A stretch of 64,000 bases of DNA from an uncultured Gemmatimonadales bacterium (GTDB taxonomy: Bacteria > Gemmatimonadota > Gemmatimonadetes > Gemmatimonadales > GWC2-71-9), in the NCBI GenBank assembly GCA_963842945.1, contig CAWJIM010000018.1, forward strand, positions 32,001 through 96,000. The letters are read 5' to 3'. Position 1 is the first letter of the stretch. Each line of letters opens with the position of its first letter. The position numbers and the translations under genes were made by a program. The notes beneath the pieces are model-generated. The model was not told the origin of the DNA, did no database searches, and worked only from the letters and a program-made list of their open reading frames with translations. This document shows, in pieces, positions 28,704 through 36,713 of the stretch.

Positions 28704-28805
28704 TTTGTTAGTGTGCTTCCGTGGTGAACAACTTTGTTTACCTTAAGCCCGTGCCCAATCCTATCGAGGAACACCAAGGAGCTGGTGGGCAGTCGGAGGA
28801 CCGGG

Positions 28806-29302
28806 ATGTTTCGTAGGAGCCAGGCTGCCGACATTCTAACCGGGGGCGTGGTCGCCGGGACGCTCGACATCACCTACGCCTGCGTCTTCTGGGCGCTCAA
28901 GGCCGGCGTTCCCCCGCGGCGCATCTTTCAGTCGGTCGCTGCCGGACTGTTGGGGCCAGCCAGTTTCGAAGGCGGAGCGGCGACCGCCGCGCTGGGGCTG
29001 GTGCTCCACTTCTTCATCGCAACCACGATGTCGCTGGTGTACTACATCGCCGCCGGGCGCTTCCCGGTGCTCGTGCGCCGGGCTTTTCTGTGCGGCGCGA
29101 TCTACGGTCTTCTGCTCTACGCGGTGATGAACTACGTGGTGGTCCCGCTCTCCCGAGCCTCGCCCGGGCCCCGGGATCCGCTCTGGATCGGGCTCTCGTC
29201 CTGGTCCATATGTTCCTGATCGGGGTGCCGATTGCGCTGATCGCTCGGTCGGGCCGTAGCGCTGTCCGGACTAGCCGATCTGGTTCGAGGGTTCCAAGTT
29301 GA
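28806..29302 (+). CDS. 4-TM membrane protein (frameshifted near 3' end)
   Basis: AGTLDI..A, FQSVA.GLLG, GL.LHF, MNYVVVPLS, HM..IG.PI. Confidence 0.75.
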
Positions 29303-29423
29303 TGAAGCCATCCTCTGCGGAAGGCCTAGGCGATTATCCCGGCCTTGAAGGCCAGGTGGCCCGCACCGAGCAGCACGATCTCCGACACCTCATGGTCCAG
29401 CGACAGGACCTGGCAGGAGCCCC

Positions 29424-30840
29424 GTGACCTCTCTCGGCACCAGCTTCCTGGAGCAGGTGAACCAGGCCTTCAATCACGCGGCCACGTTCACCCACCACGA
29501 CCCCACCCTGCTCGCCAACATCCGCGAGTGCAAGAACCTCTTCTACACCAGCTTTCCCATCAAGCGCGACGACGGCCGGATCGAGGTGATGCACGCCTGG
29601 CGGGCGGAGCACAGCCACCACAAGCTCCCGACCAAGGGTGGGATCCGTTACGCCGACAACGTCGATGCCGACGAGGTGCAGGCGCTCGCCGCGCTGATGA
29701 CCTACAAGTGCGCTCTGGTGGACGTGCCCTTCGGCGGGGCCAAGGGCGGGATCCGGCTCAACCCCAAGAAGTACTCGGTGGACGAGCTGGAGCGGATCAC
29801 CCGACGCTACGTCTTCGAGCTGGTGCGGAAGAACTTCATGGGCCCGGGGCTCGATGTCCCCGCCCCGGATGTGGGCACCAGCTCCCGGGAAATGGCCTGG
29901 ATCGCCGACACCTACACCCAGCTCCGCCCCGGCGAGCTGGACGCGATGGGCTGCGTCACCGCCAAGCCGGTGAGCGCCGGCGGGATCCGGGGCCGCACCG
30001 AGGCCACCGGCCGCGGGGTCTTCTTTGGCACCCGCGAGTTGGTGAGCGTCGCCGAAGACATGAAGGCGCTGGGGCTCAGCCCCGGCATCGAGGGCAAGCG
30101 GGTGGTGGTGCAGGGACTGGGCAACGTCGGCTACTTCGCCGCCAAGTTCTTCCAGCAGGCAGGAGCAGTCCTGGTGGGACTGGCCGAGTCGGAAGGCGCG
30201 ATCGCCAACCCCAAGGGACTCGATTTGGAGAAGGTGATGGCCCACCGCCTGGAGCGGAAAAAGCTCACCGATTTTCCCGGCGCCACCAACCTCGCCCGGA
30301 GAGAGGATGCGCTGGAGCTGGACTGTGACATCCTTATTCCCGCAGCCCTCGAGCGGCAGATCACGGCGGAGAACGCCGGCCGGGTCAAGGCGAAGATTGT
30401 GGTCGAAGCGGCCAACGGTCCCACCACTCCAGAAGCGGACAAAATTCTGGATCAGCGGAACGTCATGGTCATCCCCGATGCCTACATCAACTCCGGCGGG
30501 GTCACCGTCTCCTACTTCGAGTGGGTGAAGAACCTGGGCCATGTCCGCTTCGGCCGGATGCAGAAGCGCTACGAGCAGGCCTCCTACGGCCGGCTGCTGC
30601 AGGCAACGGAGCAGCTGACCGGCAAGCACTTCACCCCGGAGCAGGTAGCGCTGGTGACCCACGGGGCGAGCGAGGAGGATCTGGTCAATTCGGGGCTGGA
30701 AGAAACGATGATCGGCGCCTATCACCCGATCCGCGAGGTGTGGAAGCAGGAACCCGAAAGAAAACCTCCGGATCGCGGCGATGATCGTGGCGATCGACAA
30801 GGTGGCGATGAGTTACGAGCAGCTCGGGATATTTCCCTAG
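29424..30840 (+). CDS. gdhA: Glu/Leu/Phe/Val dehydrogenase (glutamate dehydrogenase); frameshift near C-terminus
   Basis: KGGIRY, VPFGGAKGG, DVPAPD, QGLGNVG, EAANGP, GGVTVSYFEW. Confidence 0.92.
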
Positions 30841-30844
30841 GCGA

Positions 30845-31327
30845 ATGAAGTGCTACCTCGCAATCGTCTTCGCTTTCGGTAGCGGTTTCGCCTTTCCGGT
30901 CGCTGCGCAATGGCAGGCTCAGGTCTCGCCCGGGACTCGGGTGCAGTTGCGGTTGCCGGAGGCGCAGTATCAGGCCGGCCCGAAGGGACAGTTCATTCGC
31001 GGTCGCGTCACCCACCTTGCGGGGGACACGCTTTACCTCGCCGTGACCGACAGCCTGGGTCCCCTCGCCATTCCTCGCACCTTCATCCAGAAGCTCGAGA
31101 TCAGCCGGGGCGTTCCCTCCCGCGGCATCAGCGCCCTGCAGCGAGGCTTGATGGGTGCAGTGCTGGGAGCGGCGACCTTCTATGTCGTGACAAAGCTTGA
31201 CTCCGACGGGCAGGACGACTCCGGAGACGCCGCTCTCATTGGAGGCGCCATCGGTCTGGGGCTGGGAGGCCTGACCGGTGCGCTCTGGCCCCGCGAGCGG
31301 TGGAAGCGAGTGCGTCCTGCGTTCTAG
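30845..31327 (+). CDS. Hypothetical exported protein with glycine-zipper C-terminus
   Basis: Signal peptide; GA.LG/GG.IG.G.G motifs; ERW terminus. Confidence 0.7.
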   Translation: MKCYLAIVFAFGSGFAFPVAAQWQAQVSPGTRVQLRLPEAQYQAGPKGQFIRGRVTHLAGDTLYLAVTDSLGPLAIPRTFIQKLEISRGVPSRGISALQRGLMGAVLGAATFYVVTKLDSDGQDDSGDAALIGGAIGLGLGGLTGALWPRERWKRVRPAF

Positions 31328-31331
31328 GACA

Positions 31332-31374
31332 CTCACCACGGAAGCACGGAAGGCACGGAGGTAGCACGGACTCC
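31332..31374 (+). repeat. Solo copy of the CACGG repeat
   Basis: 41/43 identical to 28191-28233; starts 5 bp after a stop codon. Confidence 0.9.
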
Positions 31375-31502
31375 CTCGCGAAAGACGGTTACCGGTTGAC
31401 CGCTGCCACCCGGTAGGATCCCGTTCCCCCTATAAAATTGGTCGACTAGTGGATCACGAGGCCCCATGGCATCTTGGAGCATCGACCATCTCCGAGGATA
31501 CC

Positions 31503-32057
31503 ATGCTCCGCTTCGCCAGCGCTCTCCTTCTCACTCTGCTCCTCACCACGCGAATCTCGGCCCAGGGTCCGGGCACCAAGTTCGCGGGTCTCATCGGCGG
31601 AGCAACCCTGAGTGACATCTCCAACCTGCCTGGAGTCGGGGACGACCGCTGGGGCGGGACCGCCGGCATCTTTGGCGGAGTCAACGCGGGGCCGACCGCC
31701 GTGACCCTGGAGGCCAACTGGATCCAGAAGGGCGGCGGCGACACCAAGCTGAGCTATATCGAGTTTCCCCTCACCATAGGCGCCATCTTGGCGCCGGAAG
31801 GGAAAACCTACCGGGCGCGGGTCTACTCCGGGGTCAGCTTCGGCTTCAAGGTCGATTGCAACTGTGAGAACGCCAAGGGCAGCGAGTGGGGCTGGCCGCT
31901 GGGCCTTCAGATCGCCAAAGTGACCAATACCGGGAAGTTCTTCGGCTTCGACGTCAAGTACACCTGGCCCCTATCTGACGCGTTCGAGTTCGCCGAGGCT
32001 CACAACCGGGTGTGGAGCTTCCGGCTCATGTTCGGCAAGGCAGTCGGGCCGTCGTAG
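31503..32057 (+). CDS. Outer-membrane beta-barrel (PorT-like) protein
   Basis: Signal peptide; E..W.QKG, L.YIEFP; terminal beta strand. Confidence 0.7.
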   Translation: MLRFASALLLTLLLTTRISAQGPGTKFAGLIGGATLSDISNLPGVGDDRWGGTAGIFGGVNAGPTAVTLEANWIQKGGGDTKLSYIEFPLTIGAILAPEGKTYRARVYSGVSFGFKVDCNCENAKGSEWGWPLGLQIAKVTNTGKFFGFDVKYTWPLSDAFEFAEAHNRVWSFRLMFGKAVGPS

Positions 32058-32121
32058 GAAGCGGTCTCAGCGGGGCGTTCACGGAGGATTCACAGTATCA
32101 TGACCCGCCGGAGGCGCACCG

Positions 32122-32391
32122 ATGGATGAGGATTTGGCCGGCCTCACCCGCGAACAGCTGGTGGAGGAGGTCCGCAGGCTTCGCCAGGGCATTCGCGAGC
32201 ACCGCGACAGCACCGGTCAGCAGCTCTGCTGGCATCATCCCGGCCTATGGGGACTCCTTCCCGAGCAGCAGGACCCGCTTCCCACCGTGCCCGATTGGCC
32301 TCAGTTCCTCCGGGGCTGCATTCGCTATCGCCAGTCTCTCGACGAGCAACTTCCCCAGGCTCCCCGTTCCGCGGAGGAGTACGACCGATAG
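32122..32391 (+). CDS. Conserved hypothetical protein
   Basis: GGAGG RBS; IREHRDS.G..LCWHHP.LW.LLPE, P.WPQFLRGC..YR.SLD. Confidence 0.75.
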   Translation: MDEDLAGLTREQLVEEVRRLRQGIREHRDSTGQQLCWHHPGLWGLLPEQQDPLPTVPDWPQFLRGCIRYRQSLDEQLPQAPRSAEEYDR

Positions 32392-32738
32392 CCTCGATTC
32401 GACGCTCTGCCCTGCTATTCGCGCTCACCGCGGCGTGTGCCGGAGGAAGCCAGGGGACTGCCACGCCCGACAGCGAGCAGACCCGCGCGAGAATCGAGAA
32501 CCGTGCGTCGCTGGATATGGACATCTATGTTCGGCGCAATGATGGCAGGAGCAACCGCCTGGGGTTTGCCACGGGGGGTGAAATCACCTACTTCGCGCTG
32601 CCGCCCACCCTGACGGCGGGAGCCGCCTGGGTGCGCTTCGAAGCCAAGCCGGTCCGCGACTCGGGACAACCGGTGGTCAGCGAGATATTCCCGGTGAAGA
32701 TGGGGGAGGAGATCAGCTGGTCGATTCCACCCCAGTAA
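32385..32738 (+). CDS. Putative lipoprotein (start uncertain)
   Basis: RRSALLFALTAAC lipobox; beta-rich body. Confidence 0.55.
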   Translation, partial: PIASIRRSALLFALTAACAGGSQGTATPDSEQTRARIENRASLDMDIYVRRNDGRSNRLGFATGGEITYFALPPTLTAGAAWVRFEAKPVRDSGQPVVSEIFPVKMGEEISWSIPPQ

Positions 32739-32747
32739 GTGGGCTCG

Positions 32748-32972
32748 CTACCAGGCCGCCCGGTCGGGTGACCGTTCACCGGCGCGGCCGATCCGGCTCC
32801 AGATCCACTCCGCCAGCACGGTCAGCGCAATCAGGGTGAACAGGGGTGGCCCCAGAAGCGAGGCCAGCAGGCCCTCCTCCCAGTCCCGGGCCCATCCCTT
32901 CCGGGCCACCACCGAAAGAACCAGCCCGAACGCCAGATACGCTATCGCAAGCCCGACCGAGTTTGCCAACAT
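32748..32972 (-). CDS. Small 2-TM hypothetical protein
   Basis: Two hydrophobic helices. Confidence 0.5.
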   Translation of the reverse strand: MLANSVGLAIAYLAFGLVLSVVARKGWARDWEEGLLASLLGPPLFTLIALTVLAEWIWSRIGRAGERSPDRAAW

Positions 32973-33079
32973 GACCAGAGCCACCGCTAAGAGGTGGCTC
33001 TATATGGCGCGAGGCGGTCAAGTGGAAATCAAGGCCGTGGCTTCTCGCCGGCGCATCGAAGAAGCCGGGGGGGGATGAC

Positions 33080-33195
33080 GGGCTTGGCGTCGCCGACGAT
33101 GACCATCGTCTTGCCCTTGATGGCGCGGATCCGATTTTCGGGCCAATTGTTGGGCGCTGCATCTAGAGCCTTGAGTTCTTCGACCAGGGTCGCGA
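33080..33195 (-). pseudogene. Internal fragment resembling an alpha/beta hydrolase
   Basis: LVEELKALDAAPNNWPENRIRAIKGKTMVIVGDA, with no start and no full domain. Confidence 0.45.
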
Positions 33196-33241
33196 ATGAC
33201 CAGCGCGACGACGGTCGCGCTGGCCATCTCCGCGGCGGGTT

Positions 33242-33745
33242 TCAGCTGCGGCTGGCTCCTGCCGGCACCGCTTCGCCTTTCACGGCCGCCTCGATCGTGG
33301 CGACGTCGATCTTCTTCATCGTCATCATCGCGTCGAACGCGCGCTTGGCGACGTCGCCGCCTCGGGCCATCGCCTCGGTCAGGACGCGCGGCGTGATCTG
33401 CCACGACAGGCCCCATTTGTCCTTGCACCAGCCGCACTCGCTTTCCGCGCCGCCGTTGCCGACGATCGCGTTCCAGTAGCGGTCGGTCTCGGCCTGGTCG
33501 TCGGTCGCGATCTGGAACGAGAACGCCTCGCTGTGCTTGAACGCGGGCCCGCCGTTGAGGCCGATGCAGGGGATGCCGCACACGGTGAACTCGACGGTCA
33601 GCACGTCGCCCTCCTTGCCGCGAGGAAAGTCGCCCGGCGCGCGGTGCACCGCGCCGACCGCGCTGTCGGGGAAGGTCTCGGCGTAGAAGCGCGCCGCTTC
33701 CTCGGCGTCCTCGTCGTACCACAGGCAGATCGTGTTCTTGTTCAT
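33242..33745 (-). CDS. VOC family PhnB / 3-demethylubiquinone-9 methyltransferase-like protein
   Basis: CLWY..AEEAA.FY, LNGGP.F, CGWCKDKWGLSWQI.P, MKKID. Confidence 0.92.
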   Translation of the reverse strand: MNKNTICLWYDEDAEEAARFYAETFPDSAVGAVHRAPGDFPRGKEGDVLTVEFTVCGIPCIGLNGGPAFKHSEAFSFQIATDDQAETDRYWNAIVGNGGAESECGWCKDKWGLSWQITPRVLTEAMARGGDVAKRAFDAMMTMKKIDVATIEAAVKGEAVPAGASRS

Positions 33746-34013
33746 CGTGCCCTCCTGTTGGCGAAGCTCTTACTAGGTCTCTCGAATGCGTTCCTGAGCA
33801 ATCCTAGTTTTGTCAGGAGGCTATCGTCAACCGCCGAAAGCGGTCTACGATATGTGGAACTGCATAAGCCGTGGGCCACGATTGGGCTAACGCGGAGACT
33901 GCGGTAGACGCTGGGATGGGCATGATGGTGCTGGATCTAAGGTGGACCAAAGGATAGTTGACGCTGTGGGTACCGCGCCATAAGGTAGCCGCACACTCTG
34001 TAACCTCTGCCAC

Positions 34014-34065
34014 GAAAAGAGCACACCCAGCGAAAGCCGGGCCCGCAAAACCACGGGTCCTAGCC
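34014..34065 (+). promoter_or_regulatory. Degenerate c-di-GMP-I (GEMM) riboswitch-like sequence
   Basis: AAAGAGCACACCCAGC-GAAA-GCCGGGCCCGCAAAACCACGGGTCC resembles the GGCAAAC..GAAA..GACGCAAA.CCACGGGTC core; 3' strand seems missing. Confidence 0.45.
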
Positions 34066-34126
34066 TTCCCCGCGACGCTCTGATCAACGCAACGAAGGAT
34101 TCTGACCCTCACGCTTGGAGGTCTCG

Positions 34127-34544
34127 ATGCGTGACCCTTTACCTCCTGCCCACTACTATCAGTTTTATATCAGCGGCCTGATCACTAATCTGGGGGGGGA
34201 CGCGTATGAGCAGCTCGTCGTCACCCGACCCGATGGGTCCAACAAAGTGCTGCAACGAGGAGTGGACATATACGTCGTGGCTTGGGAGGTTGCGGGATTC
34301 CCGTGCGATCTCCTCGGGGCGCCCCACTTCACCGGTACAGCCAAGGCTGGTGTCCACGGACAGTGTCAGCGGCGGCGCTGACGCCACCGGTTTCAGGCTA
34401 ATCGGCATGGTTACCGACGAGGACGGCCAGCGGTACCATCTCGTGGTGGATTTCCTCGGCAGCGTGGCGCCCGGTAGCACGCTCGAGGACTTCATCTTGG
34501 AGAATCGCGCGGCCAAGATCCAACTGACACCAATCGGACACTGA
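34127..34544 (+). CDS. Hypothetical protein (frameshifted or remnant)
   Basis: GGAGG RBS; two overlapping ORFs joined near 34350. Confidence 0.5.
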
Positions 34545-34695
34545 GCGTCTGTGGGGTTGCTTGTTCCAGGCGCGGCGCTCTAGACAAAGAGGCAGCAAAA
34601 GAAAAAGGCGCACTAGGCCAATGACTTAGCCAGTCCGCTATCGCCTTTTGCGACTCTCCGGGTACGTTACGGTCACCCTTGGACAGGTACGCGTC

Positions 34696-35019
34696 ATGGA
34701 CCCACAGCTCAGCGGCTTCGCTCTCGGGTTGCTCTTTGGAGCGGCTAAGATCGGCGCAATCGGCACCATCGGCTTCGCGATCGCGTGGTGGCGTACTCGC
34801 CGCAAGCTCCAGCGCCTCGAACGGGCTTTACCTGATCCGGGAGTCCTGAAGGAGCACCTCGCAAACCTTGAGCAGAACTCCGACTATATCGGGGCGAAAC
34901 TGGCAGAACTCGGGGAGACCCAGACCCGGCTGCTACAGCAGCTCGGCTCGCCACCCCGTCTTACCGAGCCCTCACGGCGCGAAGGCGAGGACACACGTCC
35001 TCCGATCACGCCGCATTGA
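34696..35019 (+). CDS. Hypothetical TM + coiled-coil protein
   Basis: N-terminal TM helix, heptad region; followed by attC-like site. Confidence 0.65.
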   Translation: MDPQLSGFALGLLFGAAKIGAIGTIGFAIAWWRTRRKLQRLERALPDPGVLKEHLANLEQNSDYIGAKLAELGETQTRLLQQLGSPPRLTEPSRREGEDTRPPITPH

Positions 35020-35029
35020 CGCCACTGTA

Positions 35030-35069
35030 GCCTAACCAGCGCATGCAGCCGATGCGCGATCCGTTAGGG
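35030..35069 (+). other. Collapsed integron attC-like site
   Basis: GCCTAAC-CA-GCGCAT-GCAGCCG-ATGCGC-GATCC-GTTAGGG. Confidence 0.55.
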
Positions 35070-35282
35070 ACCAGGTATCCAGAGCACTTCTACGGCCGGC
35101 CATTTGGTTTATCCGCACCACCCCGCCCGCCCTTTCCGGGTTTTATCATGAGACGTTAAGCAGCGGAATCCAACTGCCGATCATTTCCAAAGGCGGGCTC
35201 CCAGTCGCAACATCCTTCGAGGCAGCCCTGGGGCATTGCGGCCCTGATTGTTGCACACTCTGCTTGCACCTATGGAGGATTT

Positions 35283-35705
35283 GTGATGCACAAGGTCGTC
35301 GCCCACTATATCGGCGGAAAGGTGGTCAAAGGCATCAGCCACGACATCAATGCGCAGAAGCCTTTCTGCCACATCCGAACGGCAGAGCAGGAGTCGATCT
35401 CCGTAAAACTCAGCGACTTGAAGGCGCTGTTCTTCGTGAAGGATCTTGCCGGCGATTCCAAACGCGACGAGGCGCAGATGCTCGAAGCGCACGACCTACG
35501 TGCTCGGGGAGCGCACCCGATCGAAGTTGAATTTGGTGACGGGGAACGCGTGATGGGACTGACCGCAGGATACCCGCCCCAAGGTGCGTTCTTTTTTGTG
35601 CTGCCGGTCGATGCCCGGAGCAACAACCTCCGAATCCTGGTGAACAAGGCAGCAGTCAAACGCATGGCGAATCAGCCCCTGGCACGGGCACCACGATCAG
35701 CCTGA
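35283..35705 (+). CDS. DUF6982-like protein
   Basis: KVVAHY..G..KG, LKALFFVKD..G, V.F.DGE...G, FF..P.D..SNN.RI. Confidence 0.7.
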   Translation: MMHKVVAHYIGGKVVKGISHDINAQKPFCHIRTAEQESISVKLSDLKALFFVKDLAGDSKRDEAQMLEAHDLRARGAHPIEVEFGDGERVMGLTAGYPPQGAFFFVLPVDARSNNLRILVNKAAVKRMANQPLARAPRSA

Positions 35706-35745
35706 CTCCTAGCTTCGCCCTTAATAATCGTCTATTGCTGACGGG

Positions 35746-36033
35746 ATGATTTGGAAGCCGACTGACGATGCGGACCGCAGCGTCCGCGAGTGGATGAAGG
35801 CCAGAGGCTGGGAGGTCACCCGCACCAACTATGACTCCGACCGAAAGGTTTACGCCTGGCGGCATGATATCCCGGGCGGCAAATCCCCGACACTCCGGAT
35901 TTCTCAGCAGCTCCTCGAGGACTATCCAGCCTTCATCGTGGTGCACCACCTCGACGAGCTCAAGGTGGCTCGAGCGATCCAGACCCAGCCTGAGATGCGG
36001 CTAGTGAAGAAGTCCGTCAATGCGATGGGATGA
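35746..36033 (+). CDS. Hypothetical protein
   Basis: 95-aa ORF with protein-like composition. Confidence 0.55.
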   Translation: MIWKPTDDADRSVREWMKARGWEVTRTNYDSDRKVYAWRHDIPGGKSPTLRISQQLLEDYPAFIVVHHLDELKVARAIQTQPEMRLVKKSVNAMG

Positions 36034-36059
36034 GCTCAGCTAGCTTGTTGCAGTGTAAG

Positions 36060-36115
36060 TGCCCGGGGCGGGACTCGAACCCGCACGGCCTTTCAGCCAA
36101 GGGATTTTAAGTCCC
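36060..36115 (-). repeat. att site: duplicated 3' 56 bp of tRNA-Leu
   Basis: TGCCCGGGGCGGGACTCGAACC...GGGATTTTAAGTCCC identical to 43583-43638. Confidence 0.97.
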
Positions 36116-36713
36116 ACTAAGAGCCTGGAGTACTACACCACAAACAGCATCACGGCGCATCTGGCAACGACTTAGCCGGTGCGCCGTTGCTGTTGATGTA
36201 CTTTGGTGCGCCATGCGTCGGGGGACAGCTCGGGGGACAGTTCGACCGCGACAACACCACGTATTCGAGAGACTCCTAGAAGCCCGCAGGCCGACGAGCA
36301 AGGTGCCGCGGACCCAGAGACTCAGCGCGAACGCAGCACACCGAGCTAATCCGTCGCCATGGTACCCGGGGCTTTGGCGGCACCCGGGTTTCCCCTGTCC
36401 GGCCCTTTTTTGAAAGGATGGATAGGTCAGAGATAGGGAGTGGTGCCCTTACGGGCAAGCAAGACCTTTGTGCAGGGTGGGACTCGGACCGCCACTACCT
36501 CATCAATCGCAACGGCTACCGATTCGTTGGGCTTGTCGATGCCTAAGCCTTACCCCGGGCAGCAAATGTGATAACCTGCACGGTTTCAGAGAGACAGATG
36601 TGCAGCCTGCACGTACAGAAGCCCCAAAATGTGCAGGATGTTCAGATCAAGTTGGCACAAAAGTTCGCACATTAGCGCTGGGTGTTTGTCATAACTCTTA
36701 GGCTGGATGGTAA

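Noticed and set aside
36060..36115. Second tRNA-Leu gene
   Set aside because: It lacks the 5' acceptor strand and D-arm; it is the att duplication.
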